DNA of 64,000 nt, from NCBI GenBank assembly GCA_963732385.1, contig CAVSZB010000003.1, positions 96,001-160,000 of the forward strand. The letters are read 5' to 3'. This DNA comes from an uncultured bacterium. GTDB taxonomy: Bacteria; Krumholzibacteriota; Krumholzibacteriia; LZORAL124-64-63. Below the pieces are notes generated by a model. The model was not told where the DNA came from. It ran no database searches and saw nothing but the letters and a program-made list of their open reading frames with translations. A program made the translations under genes and the position numbers. This document shows, one piece after another, positions 1-9,110 of this stretch; position 1 is the stretch's first letter, and each line of letters opens with the position of its first letter.

Positions 1-162
1 CCCCCCGCGCCGGGGCGCGAGTCTAGCGCAGGCCGCCGCCATGGACCAAGATCGTTCCTGCCCCCGCGCGACCATGGCGGCCCGCCCCGCGCTGTGGCAT
101 CTTGGGGGGCGTCCACGCCGACCGTCGTCTGGCCCGCGCCCCGATGTAGAAAGGACCGCCCC

Positions 163-1386
163 ATGTTCCGCTCACGCTTCGCCATCGTCCTGGCCGTGGT
201 GGCCGGACTCTGTTTCGCGTTCGCCATCGCCCCGCCGCCCGCCGCCCGCGCGGGTCTGCCCAAGCTGAAGGACAAGCTGAAGGAGGCGAAGGCGAAGGCG
301 GAATCGGCGGCGGAGGCCGCGGTCTCCGACAAGGACGCTCCCGCGCCGGCCGAGCCGGAACAGGCGGACGAAGCGGCCGGCCAGGCAGCCGGAACGACAG
401 CCCCCGCCGCTGGCGGCGCCGCCGGCGCCGACATGGCGCTCTATACTAAATACGACTTCGTGCCGGGCGACCGGACCATCTTCTACGACGACCTCGCCGG
501 CGACGAAATGGGCGAATTCCCGCACCGCTGGCGCCTCGACGACGGCGTGTTCGAGGTGGCGAAATTCGCCGGCGAAACGTGGATCCTGAACACGAACAAG
601 GGCTCGATCCGTCCCGACATCGCCGACGGCCTGCCGCCGCGCTACACGGTCGAGCTGGAGATCTGGGACGGCGGACCCGAAACGAAGGGGCACTGGCACT
701 TCATCCGGTGGGTCGACGCGGAGGGGCAGGACATCGGCGACTTCGCCGTGAAGGATCACCAGAACACCTATTTCAACCTGAACGGCGACCAGAAGGCGGA
801 CAAGGCGCTGCCTCAGCCGCTCGCCAAAGGCAAGCACACCATGCGCGTGATGGTGACCCCATCGACCATCAAGTGCTACGTCGACAACGAGCGCGTGGCG
901 AACATCCCGAAGGTGACCGGCTGGAACCCGGTCGGGCTGCGCGTGATGCTCGATCCCTGGAACGAAGGGGAGGCGCCGCTGATCATGCGCGGCTTCCGCC
1001 TCGCCGAGGGGGGCAAGACCCTGAAGGACCAGTTGGCCGAGACCGGCCGCATCGTCACCCACGGCATCCTGTTCGACTCCGGCTCCGCCGAGATCAGGGG
1101 CGAGTCGTACAAGACGCTCTCGCTGATCGCCGAGCTGCTGGCCGGCGACCCGGCGCTCCGCCTCTCGATCGAGGGACACACCGACAGCGACGGTGTTGAC
1201 GACGCCAACCTGACGCTCTCCCGGAAGCGCGCCGACGCCGTGAAGGCGTGGCTGGTCGCCCAGGGCACCGCGGCCGACCGCCTGCAGACACAGGGGTTCG
1301 GCGAGGCGAAGCCGATCGATGCCAGCGCCACGCCCGAGGGCAAGGCAAACAACCGCCGCGTGGAACTGGTACGACTGACAGCGTAG
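163..1386 (+). CDS. OmpA family protein (signal peptide, Ala/Pro linker, beta-sandwich region, C-terminal OmpA_C peptidoglycan-binding domain)
   Basis: AAGGA RBS at 151 before ATG 163; C-terminal motifs ILFDSGS, IEGHTD, NLTLSRKRA, NRRVE. Confidence 0.9.
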   Translation: MFRSRFAIVLAVVAGLCFAFAIAPPPAARAGLPKLKDKLKEAKAKAESAAEAAVSDKDAPAPAEPEQADEAAGQAAGTTAPAAGGAAGADMALYTKYDFVPGDRTIFYDDLAGDEMGEFPHRWRLDDGVFEVAKFAGETWILNTNKGSIRPDIADGLPPRYTVELEIWDGGPETKGHWHFIRWVDAEGQDIGDFAVKDHQNTYFNLNGDQKADKALPQPLAKGKHTMRVMVTPSTIKCYVDNERVANIPKVTGWNPVGLRVMLDPWNEGEAPLIMRGFRLAEGGKTLKDQLAETGRIVTHGILFDSGSAEIRGESYKTLSLIAELLAGDPALRLSIEGHTDSDGVDDANLTLSRKRADAVKAWLVAQGTAADRLQTQGFGEAKPIDASATPEGKANNRRVELVRLTA

Positions 1387-1421
1387 GGCCGGGCGGCGGG
1401 CCTCAGGGGGGGCTTCGCCGG

Positions 1422-1579
1422 AGTCCTTCCTTACAGAGACTGCTACGCGTGCAACAAGTGCGCGGGCGGAATCGATTCGGTGCGAGCCGTCGGCGCCCGA
1501 TCGCGCTCCCGGAAGGTCGATCCCGGCCTGCATATCCGTGAAATAGTTGCTTCAGTAGTAGTCTCTGTAAGGAAGGACT
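1422..1579. mobile_element. MITE-like non-coding element with 25-bp terminal inverted repeats
   Basis: 1422-1446 AGTCCTTCCTTACAGAGACTGCTAC vs reverse complement of 1555-1579 AGTCCTTCCTTACAGAGACTACTAC (1 mismatch); intergenic; no clear target-site duplication. Confidence 0.6.
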
Positions 1580-1652
1580 TCGTACCGCCCCGCAGGCCGC
1601 GCCCACCTGGCCCGCGGTTGCCGGAAGCCCTCACGCCTGCGATCTTGGGCCG

Positions 1653-2522
1653 ATGCGCGATAACTACCGCAAGGCGGTCCTCTGCCTGTTGCTGTCCGCC
1701 TTCGGCTTCGCGCTGATGTCGGCGGCCGTGAAGCTGGCCGGGCCGCTGCCGCTGGCGCAGAAGGTGTTCTTCCGCAACTTCGTCACCCTGCTGATCACGA
1801 CCGGCACGGCGCTGCGGCTGCGGGAGAATCCGCTGACCCGCGCGCGCCACCGCTGGCTGCTTCTGGCCCGCTCGACGGCCGGGCTGACCGGCGTCTTCCT
1901 CTACTTCTACGCGGTCGATCACCTGAGCCTGGCCGATGCCGCCATCCTCACCAAGCTGGCTCCGTTCTTCGTCATGCTGTTCGCCGCCTGGCTGCTGCGC
2001 GAGAAGCTGGCGCGGGGCGCCTGGCCGCTGCTGTGCGTGGCGCTGGCCGGGGCGGCGCTGGTCGTCAAGCCGCGCCTCGACATGGCGCTCTGGCCGGCGC
2101 TGGCGGGCGTGGGCTCGGCGGTGGTGTCGGGGCTCGCCTACACGCTCGTGCGCAAGCTGAAGAACCGCGAGCCGGCCCACCGGATCGTCTTCTGGTTCTC
2201 GCTCGTCTCGACAGCGGTGACTCTGCCGCTGATGCTCGCCGTGTACGTGGCGCCGACCGGACGGCAGTGGCTCTGCCTGCTCGGGACCGGCCTGTTCGCG
2301 GCCGTGGGGCAGTTCGCGCTGACGTGGGGCTACCAGCTGGGGATGGCGTCGCGGGTGGCGGTCTACGACTACTCGCTGATCCTCTGGTCGCTGCTGCTCG
2401 ACCTGGCGCTGTGGCGCGCGCGGCCCGACGCGGTGAGCCTCGTTGGCGGGACGCTGATCGTGGCGGCCGGCGTGGTCAATCACCGGCGCGCCATGCGCGA
2501 GAGCGCCGCGGGCGCCATCTGA
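1653..2522 (+). CDS. DMT/EamA family transporter
   Basis: About 10 hydrophobic segments in two repeats; FFRN and LLREK motifs typical of EamA. Confidence 0.9.
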   Translation: MRDNYRKAVLCLLLSAFGFALMSAAVKLAGPLPLAQKVFFRNFVTLLITTGTALRLRENPLTRARHRWLLLARSTAGLTGVFLYFYAVDHLSLADAAILTKLAPFFVMLFAAWLLREKLARGAWPLLCVALAGAALVVKPRLDMALWPALAGVGSAVVSGLAYTLVRKLKNREPAHRIVFWFSLVSTAVTLPLMLAVYVAPTGRQWLCLLGTGLFAAVGQFALTWGYQLGMASRVAVYDYSLILWSLLLDLALWRARPDAVSLVGGTLIVAAGVVNHRRAMRESAAGAI

Positions 2523-2575
2523 CGGCACCCCCGCCGAAAATTCATCATTAATTCCGAATTTGCCCCGGGCCGGTC

Positions 2576-4174
2576 CTAGAGGGCCGCGCCGTGGCGACGC
2601 AGCGTCTTGAGCTTGGCGTTGAGCCCCTGCGGGGTCATGCCGAGCCGGCGGGCGGCTTCGGCCTGCGACTTCGTGGCGCCGAGCAGCCGGGAGATGACGG
2701 TCGCCTCGACGGCGAACATCGCCTCGCCGTACGGCTTGCCGGAGGCGAGGAGGCGTTCCACGACGGCGCCGACCCAGTCGTCGCCGCCGGCCGGCGGCGG
2801 GGCGTCGGTGCCGAGCCCCTGCTCCTCGAGGGCGCGCGCCACGAGGGCGCGGTCGATCACGCGGGCGCCGTCGGGGCCGACCGGTGCGTCCACGAGGCAG
2901 CGGGTGAGGATCCCCTGCAGTTCGCGCACGTTGCCGGGCCACGGGTAGGCGCGCAGGGCGCGCCAGGCGCCGGGGTCGAGCGAGGCGTCGGCGCCGTAGC
3001 GCTCGCGCCAGCGGGTCAGCAGGGCGTCGCACAGCAGCGGCAGGTCCTCGAGCCGCTCGCGCAGCGGCGGCAGGCGCAGGGTGTACTGCGCGAGACGGAA
3101 GTACAGGTCGGGGCGGAAATCCTCCTGCCGGACGAGGCGGCGCAGATCGCGGGCGGAGGCCGCCACGATACGCACGTCCACCCGCTCCGGTTTGGTCGAT
3201 CCGGCGCGGTAGACCTCACCTGCCTGAAGGACCCGCCAGAGGCGCGCCTGCGTCTCGCGCGGGAGGGCATCGACCTCGTCCAGGAAGAGGGTGCCGCCGG
3301 CGGCGGTGCCGACGAGACCGGGGCTGTCGGTGGTGGCGCCGGAAAAGGCGCCGCGGACATGCCCGAACAGGTGCGAGTCGATCAGCGTGGGGGGGACGGC
3401 GCCGCACTTCACCGGGAGGAACGGACGGCCGCCGCGCGCGCTGAGCCGGTGGACCCAGGCGGCGAGCAGCTCCTTGCCGGTGCCGCTCTCGCCGACGATC
3501 AGCACGGGCGCCTCGGAGCGGGCCACGAGAGCGGCCCGGTCGTAGATTTCCCGGAAGGCCGGCAGGCGGCTGAGTTCGCGGCCGTCGGCGTCGCGCAGGG
3601 CGTCGTTGTCGACACCGCGCTCCTCGTCGAGGGGGGAGGGGGCGGACGCCGGGGCGGCGGCGGCCGGGTCGGCCGGCGCGGCGGCGGACCCGGAGGCAGC
3701 CGTCGCCCCAGCCTCGGCCCAGCGCAGACGGACCGCGCGGCGGGCCGGGTCGGGCTCGGCGGGGTCGGACCAGTTGGCGTGGATCTCGCCGGGGTGAGTG
3801 GTGCTGCCGATCCAGAGCAGCGCCACCGACATCGCTTTGGTGCCGGGGGTGAGGAGGTAACAGCGGCGGCCGTCGCGGAACGCTTCGTGCCGCGACGCCA
3901 CCTCGTCGAGCACCCGCGCGGTGCGCGAGTGGACATCGTCGAAATCGTCCGGCCGCGGCAGCTCCACCCCGACCATCTCCGCGCGGACCCGACGGCTCAG
4001 GGTGAGCCAGGCGGCGTACCCGGTGGCCGCGGCGCCGTGGTTGTGAAGGAGGAGCACGCGGTCGAACGTGGCCGAGCGCAGGAACTCCGCCACCGGCCCC
4101 TCGCCGGGGCCGGGATGCCCCTTGGAGGCGGCCAGATCTTCGTCGCCGAGCCATGTAATGAGCCAGGATGACAT
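2576..4174 (-). CDS. Sigma-54-dependent enhancer-binding protein with RtcR/CARF-like N-terminal sensor and C-terminal HTH
   Basis: GESGTGKE, GAFSGA, LFLDEV, YPWPGNVREL, Fis-type HTH; N-terminus WLITWLG..DL and LLTPGTKAM resemble the RtcR-type sensor. Confidence 0.85.
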   Translation of the reverse strand: MSSWLITWLGDEDLAASKGHPGPGEGPVAEFLRSATFDRVLLLHNHGAAATGYAAWLTLSRRVRAEMVGVELPRPDDFDDVHSRTARVLDEVASRHEAFRDGRRCYLLTPGTKAMSVALLWIGSTTHPGEIHANWSDPAEPDPARRAVRLRWAEAGATAASGSAAAPADPAAAAPASAPSPLDEERGVDNDALRDADGRELSRLPAFREIYDRAALVARSEAPVLIVGESGTGKELLAAWVHRLSARGGRPFLPVKCGAVPPTLIDSHLFGHVRGAFSGATTDSPGLVGTAAGGTLFLDEVDALPRETQARLWRVLQAGEVYRAGSTKPERVDVRIVAASARDLRRLVRQEDFRPDLYFRLAQYTLRLPPLRERLEDLPLLCDALLTRWRERYGADASLDPGAWRALRAYPWPGNVRELQGILTRCLVDAPVGPDGARVIDRALVARALEEQGLGTDAPPPAGGDDWVGAVVERLLASGKPYGEAMFAVEATVISRLLGATKSQAEAARRLGMTPQGLNAKLKTLRRHGAAL

Positions 4175-4329
4175 GGAGAAAACATAAACGATCAGAGGAT
4201 TATTATCAACAAAAAGAATATAAATTCTCGATTGAAGGCCATTTCAGTCAAACAATTCCGGAATACTCCCAGTCCGGGCGCGAAAGGGTCCCGACTGGCG
4301 GGCCGAGCCCTCGATGGGGGGGCGGCCGG

Positions 4330-4368
4330 CCTTCCTGACAGAGACTGCTACGTATGCAAAAAGTGCGC
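4330..4368 (+). repeat. Solo copy of the left end of the 1422-1579 element
   Basis: CCTTCCTGACAGAGACTGCTACGTATGCAAAAAGTGCGC matches 1425-1463 at 35/39 positions. Confidence 0.85.
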
Positions 4369-4446
4369 ATGCCGGTCTGGTCAGCCACGGGCCCGCTCCC
4401 CTTCCGGGCGGTTGCCGGACGTGGCCCCGCCTGTCATGATGGGCCC

Positions 4447-6798
4447 ATGCGTGAACACTATCGCCCAACGTTTTTCCGTCTGCCGCTGGTTGCCCTGACG
4501 GCGCTTGTCGCCGTCTCTGCGCCGGCCTGTCCCGCCGCCACCGTGCCGTCGGCGGACGACCCGCCGCCCGTCTCCCGGACCATCGATCAGGTTCCCGACG
4601 AGGCGCTCCGCCGCGGCGCCCCGGTCGTGCCGGAGCGCTCCGAGGACGAGCCCGACCCGCTGCCGCGCCGCCCCCGCATCGGTCTCGCCCTCGGCGGCGG
4701 CGGCGCCTGCGGCTTCGCCCATGTGGGGGTGCTGAGAGTCCTCGAGGAGTTGCGGATCCCGATCGACTTCGTGGCCGGCACGAGCATGGGAGCGGTGGTG
4801 GGCGGGCTCTACGCCGTCGGCCTGACCCCTGCCCAGATCGAGTCGGCTCTGGTGCCGCTCGACTGGAAAGACATCTTCTCCGACCGCCCCGATCGCGGCG
4901 ACCGCTCGCTGCGCGCCAAGCTTGACGACCGCGCCGAGCTGTTCGACCTCGAGCTCGGTTTCGCCGGCGGCGGCTTCGTTCTGCCCCGCGGCCTGGTCGC
5001 CGGCCAGAAGCTGGCGTTCGCCCTCCCGGTCCCCGAACTGCTGGTCCCTACGCCCGGCGGCTTCGACCACCTGCCGACCCCTTTCCGCGCCGTCGCCACC
5101 GACCTGCGCACCGGCGAAGCCGTCGCCATCTCCGGCGGCGACCTCATGCGCGCCATGCGCGCCAGCATGGCCGTGCCCGGCGTCTTCCCCCCGGTCGACC
5201 TCGATGGCCGCCTCCTGATGGATGGCGGTCTCTCGCTGACGCTCCCGGTCAACGTCGTCCGCGCCATGGGCGCCGACATCGTCATCGCCGTCGATGTGAT
5301 CCGCCCCCTCGACCGCGCCACCCCCGACGACTTCGAATCCCTTCCCGGCCTGGCCCGCCAGGTCGGCGCCCTGTTATCCCGCCGCACCACCCGCGACCAG
5401 CTCCCCCAGGCCCAGCTGGTGATCGCCCCCGACCTGGAGATGATGAGCAGTGGCTCCTTCGGCCGCGCCGCCTGGGCAGTGGAGCGCGGCGCCGACGCCA
5501 CCCACGATCTGGCCGCCAGACTGGCCCCCTGGTCCCTCCCCCCGGACGAGTTCGCGGTCCACGAAGCCGCCCGCGCCCGCCGTACCCGGAAACCGGTCCA
5601 GGTGGCGGCCATCGACATCGTGAACACGTCCCCCCTGGACGACTGGGTCATCGAAAGCCGTCTCGCCCTCGTCCCGACCAGAAGCCTCGACTGGCGCCGC
5701 CTCGACCGCGGCATCTCCAGAATCTGGGAGCTGGGCCGCTTCGAATCCGTCACCACAGACCTGCGTCCCCAGGGCGAAGCCTGGCGCCTGCGCATCCTCG
5801 CCAGGGAAAAATCCTACGCCCCGAACGTGCTGCACTTCGGCTTCGCGCTGGAAGACGACTTCGCCGGCGACGCCCGCTACGACCTGCGGGCCCGCTGGAC
5901 CCGCCACGCCATCAACCCGCTCAACGGCGAACTCCGCCTTGACGGCGCCATCGGATCGTCGCCAGGCATCGCCGCCGAGTGGTACCAGCCATTCGCCTAC
6001 GACCAGTCCTCTTTCATCTCCCTCCGCGGCGAGCTGGTCACCACCCGCCACACTCTGCATGACGAGGGCGCCCACCCCGCCGACTACCGCCTCCGCAGCG
6101 CCCAGGGCGCCGGCGACATAGGACATCAATTCGGCAATAGAGCCGAACTGCGCGCGGGGGCGGTTTATGGCACTGATCGGGCACGGCTGACGACGGGTGA
6201 TGCGGATATCGCGTCCCTGTCCGGTCGTCATGGCGGATGGACCGCCAGACTCATCTGGGACACGCTGGATGACCGCGGATTCCCGAAGAAGGGGGTCGCG
6301 CTGGACGCGAACTGGTATCGGGCCGAGCCGCAGCTCGCGGCGCCGTTCGTGTACGACCGGATGCAGGCGAATCTGCGCGGCTACGCCACGCTGGGGCAGA
6401 ACACGCTCTGGGCAGGGGTGGAGGGCGGGAGCGATCTGCGGACGGAGATGCCGGAATTCGATCGGTTCAGGCCGGGGGGGCTGTTCTCGTTCTCGGGGTA
6501 TCGCGAAGGGCGGCTGGCTGGACCGTCGTACGGCATAGCCCGCGCGGGATACTGGCGCGCGATCAATCCGCACGTGGGGAGCTTCAGGCCGCGGCACCAT
6601 CTCGGGTTCTGGATGGAGGCGGGGGATGCGTGGGCAGACCCGCGCGAGGCGCGACTGCGCGAACTCAGGTGGTCGGTGACGGTGGCGCTGGGGGCGAAGA
6701 CCCCGGTGGGGCCGGCCTATCTGGCATGGGCGAGGGCGGACGACGGGGGAGAGGCGTGGTACCTCACGATCGGGAAGAAGCCGATGGACTCGCGGTAG
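4447..6798 (+). CDS. Patatin-like phospholipase with POTRA-like and Omp85-type barrel regions (PlpD/type Vd-like)
   Basis: LALGGGGACG, GTSMG nucleophile, DGG motif, followed by a beta-strand-rich C-terminal half; start approximate (ORF open from 4354). Confidence 0.85.
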   Translation: MREHYRPTFFRLPLVALTALVAVSAPACPAATVPSADDPPPVSRTIDQVPDEALRRGAPVVPERSEDEPDPLPRRPRIGLALGGGGACGFAHVGVLRVLEELRIPIDFVAGTSMGAVVGGLYAVGLTPAQIESALVPLDWKDIFSDRPDRGDRSLRAKLDDRAELFDLELGFAGGGFVLPRGLVAGQKLAFALPVPELLVPTPGGFDHLPTPFRAVATDLRTGEAVAISGGDLMRAMRASMAVPGVFPPVDLDGRLLMDGGLSLTLPVNVVRAMGADIVIAVDVIRPLDRATPDDFESLPGLARQVGALLSRRTTRDQLPQAQLVIAPDLEMMSSGSFGRAAWAVERGADATHDLAARLAPWSLPPDEFAVHEAARARRTRKPVQVAAIDIVNTSPLDDWVIESRLALVPTRSLDWRRLDRGISRIWELGRFESVTTDLRPQGEAWRLRILAREKSYAPNVLHFGFALEDDFAGDARYDLRARWTRHAINPLNGELRLDGAIGSSPGIAAEWYQPFAYDQSSFISLRGELVTTRHTLHDEGAHPADYRLRSAQGAGDIGHQFGNRAELRAGAVYGTDRARLTTGDADIASLSGRHGGWTARLIWDTLDDRGFPKKGVALDANWYRAEPQLAAPFVYDRMQANLRGYATLGQNTLWAGVEGGSDLRTEMPEFDRFRPGGLFSFSGYREGRLAGPSYGIARAGYWRAINPHVGSFRPRHHLGFWMEAGDAWADPREARLRELRWSVTVALGAKTPVGPAYLAWARADDGGEAWYLTIGKKPMDSR

Positions 6799-6925
6799 CA
6801 GGTGCCGGCCTCCAATGACAGGCGGCGAGCGTACAGGCCGGCAGAGGCGGAAACGGATCCCTGTACGACCGCGTGTCTGTTCCATTTTCGACGAACGGTG
6901 ATTCTCCGAAGATGGGAGGAATGGG

Positions 6926-7447
6926 ATGAGAAGGGCAGCCTACGGTCTGGTATTGTTAATCGTGGCAGGTTGCGGTTCATCAGAATTCGTTCCAGGTGAC
7001 GTTAAAATTCCCACTGGATTCGAGACCGCAGATTTTCGGTTGCGTCCAATAACCGTCGCCGATGCAGAGAAGGACTATGAGGCGGTAATGGAGAGCATAG
7101 GCCTTATCCATACTGCCCTGCTAGGTGACCGCTGGCCGACCGATTCGTTCACCCTTGAGCAAAACAGGAAAGACCTGGCGAGGAAGGAACGTCGTTTTGA
7201 GCAGCGAAAGAGTTTTACATTCACGGTCGTGTCGCCGGATGAGGATCGCGTCCTTGGGTGTGTGTACATCAACAAGGGGAGGCGCGGACCGGATGCGGCG
7301 GTCTTTATGTGGGTTCGTCAGTCATCTTACGATGACGGACTCGACCCAGTACTTGAGTCCGCCGTTCGGGAATGGATGAAGCGCGAGTGGCCATTCGAAT
7401 GGGTTGTATACCCTGGCCGCAAAGCGCCTGAGGTATCCGCTGGGTAA
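6926..7447 (+). CDS. GNAT-like N-acetyltransferase-fold protein, probable lipoprotein (cassette)
   Basis: Lipobox-like LIVAGC; LRPITVADAEKDYEAVM and LGCVYI motifs. Confidence 0.7.
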   Translation: MRRAAYGLVLLIVAGCGSSEFVPGDVKIPTGFETADFRLRPITVADAEKDYEAVMESIGLIHTALLGDRWPTDSFTLEQNRKDLARKERRFEQRKSFTFTVVSPDEDRVLGCVYINKGRRGPDAAVFMWVRQSSYDDGLDPVLESAVREWMKREWPFEWVVYPGRKAPEVSAG

Positions 7448-7456
7448 CTACACGCC

Positions 7457-7533
7457 GCCTGACAAGATCCTGCACCAGACAAGGCCGCTTGTCGCGCGCT
7501 TGGCGATTTTGCGGATAAAACAACAGTTTAGAA
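7457..7533 (+). repeat. Degenerate attC-like site
   Basis: GCCTGAC...GACAAGGCCGCTTGTCGCGCGCTTGGC, similar to the internal sequence of the 8149 attC; ends GTTTAGA. Confidence 0.5.
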
Positions 7534-7547
7534 GTCCTGGAGAATAA

Positions 7548-8138
7548 ATGTCCCATAGCGCTTTTGAGGCTTGCCTCGAGTTCGTGCTTGAGCTGGAGAA
7601 TCTCAAGAAGGTCGAGCGGAAGACGCGGCCTATCGGGCAAGATCGGTACGAGAATTCAGCCGAACACAGTTGGCAGGTCGCGCTCTTGGCGCTGACGCTT
7701 CGAGACTATGCGAACGAGGCGGTAGATATTTCGAGAGTCGTCAGGATGCTCCTGCTTCACGACATAGCCGAAATCGACACGGGCGACACGATCGTCTACG
7801 CCCGACCTGACGCGAAGGGTCCAAATGACGAAGAGAGGGCGGCGTTCGAGCGCTTGACTGGTTCGTTGCCTCCGGGTGTTCGGGCTGAATACCGCGAGCT
7901 GTGTGAGGAATTCGCGGCCGGGGCGACGGCGGAAGCCAGGTACGCCAACGCCATGGACCGTGCAATGCCAGTCTTGCAGAATGTGACCAATGGTGGGCGC
8001 AGTTGGCAAGAGCACGGAATCAGGAAGTCTCAGGTCATCGCGAAGAACGCCGGGGTTGGCGCCGGCAGCGAGACCCTGTGGGCATGGTTAGAAGAACGCG
8101 TCCATGGCGTATATCCACAGGGAGAAGACGAACTGTAG
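7548..8138 (+). CDS. HD domain phosphohydrolase (HD_3/YfbR-like, cassette)
   Basis: ENSAEHSW, LLHDIAE, AMDR motifs. Confidence 0.9.
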   Translation: MSHSAFEACLEFVLELENLKKVERKTRPIGQDRYENSAEHSWQVALLALTLRDYANEAVDISRVVRMLLLHDIAEIDTGDTIVYARPDAKGPNDEERAAFERLTGSLPPGVRAEYRELCEEFAAGATAEARYANAMDRAMPVLQNVTNGGRSWQEHGIRKSQVIAKNAGVGAGSETLWAWLEERVHGVYPQGEDEL

Positions 8139-8148
8139 GGCTGGAGAC

Positions 8149-8246
8149 TTCTAACAATGGTTTCCTGCCGACAAAGCCGTCTGTCACGCGCTGTGCTGGC
8201 GAACGTCGCGCTCCAGCCGCCGTTGCATCTGAAACAGACGTTAGCC
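8149..8246 (+). repeat. attC site (integron cassette recombination site)
   Basis: R'' TTCTAAC at 8149, inner GTTTC.../...GAAAC boxes, R' GTTAGCC at 8240-8246; lies between co-oriented ORFs. Confidence 0.75.
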
Positions 8247-8276
8247 TTCGGCATGTTCGGAACCAAAGGACACAGC

Positions 8277-9035
8277 GTGAGCCCTGAGACGAGTGGCGGG
8301 AGAAGCAAGGTGCCGGAAGTCACGTTGCTATTCTGGATCATCAAGATCGCCGCCACGACTCTCGGAGAGACCGCCGGCGACGCGGTATTTATGTCAATGA
8401 ATCTTGGCTATCTCGTCGCCACGGGCATTTTCGCCGCTATCTTCATTGCCGCCGTTGGCATCCAGATCGCCGCGAAGCGCTTCAATCCATATGTCTACTG
8501 GATCACGATTATCGCCACCACCACCGTTGGTACTACCCTTGCCGATTTCGCGACCCGCTCCCTTGGGGTCGGCTACTCGGGTGGCAGCGCCCTCCTGCTG
8601 GCAGTCCTGCTGGCGTCGCTTGCGGTGTGGCATCGCACGATGGGCACGGTGTCGGTAGCATCGGTGAGCACGCCCCGAGCGGAGACTTTCTACTGGGCAA
8701 CGATCATGTTCTCGCAGACCCTCGGCACTGCGCTCGGGGATTGGACAGCAGATACGGCGGGTCTCGGCTATCTTGGGGCGGCGGCGGTCTTCGTTGTGCT
8801 TTTGATGTTGGTGGCGGCAGCGTACAGGCAGACCAACGCATCGCATGCATTGCTGTTCTGGTCCGCGTTTGTGCTGACAAGGCCGCTCGGTGCTGTGGTC
8901 GGAGACTATCTTGACAAGCCGTTAGCGTCTGGCGGGCTGGCCTTGAGCCGCTACTCGGCGTCGGCAGTGCTGATGGTATTCATCGCTATCTGCATAGTCT
9001 CATTCAAACATAAGGCCGCCAGCAAGAGTCATTGA
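8277..9035 (+). CDS. COG4705/DUF347 family membrane protein (cassette)
   Basis: SKVPEVTLLFWIIKIAATTLGET; repeated YW..I...TT/QT.GT...D units; AAAGGA before GTG 8277. Confidence 0.85.
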   Translation: MSPETSGGRSKVPEVTLLFWIIKIAATTLGETAGDAVFMSMNLGYLVATGIFAAIFIAAVGIQIAAKRFNPYVYWITIIATTTVGTTLADFATRSLGVGYSGGSALLLAVLLASLAVWHRTMGTVSVASVSTPRAETFYWATIMFSQTLGTALGDWTADTAGLGYLGAAAVFVVLLMLVAAAYRQTNASHALLFWSAFVLTRPLGAVVGDYLDKPLASGGLALSRYSASAVLMVFIAICIVSFKHKAASKSH

Positions 9036-9040
9036 CCGAT

Positions 9041-9098
9041 GGTCAACAACGGCATACAGCGGAAGGCACTGCGCGCCGCCGCTAATGCCTGGCGCGCG
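9041..9098 (+). repeat. Short degenerate attC-like site (R' box eroded)
   Basis: GGTCAACAACGGCATACAGCGG-AAGGCACTGCGCGCCG-CCGCTAATGCC hairpin of attC type; no GTT core at the right end. Confidence 0.6.
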
Positions 9099-9110
9099 AA
9101 GGACAAAACC

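Noticed and set aside
1422..4368. Repeats as a CRISPR array or sigma-54 promoter
   Set aside because: Copies are inverted or dispersed with no regular spacers and no cas genes; the GCAC...TTGCA spacing does not fit -24/-12
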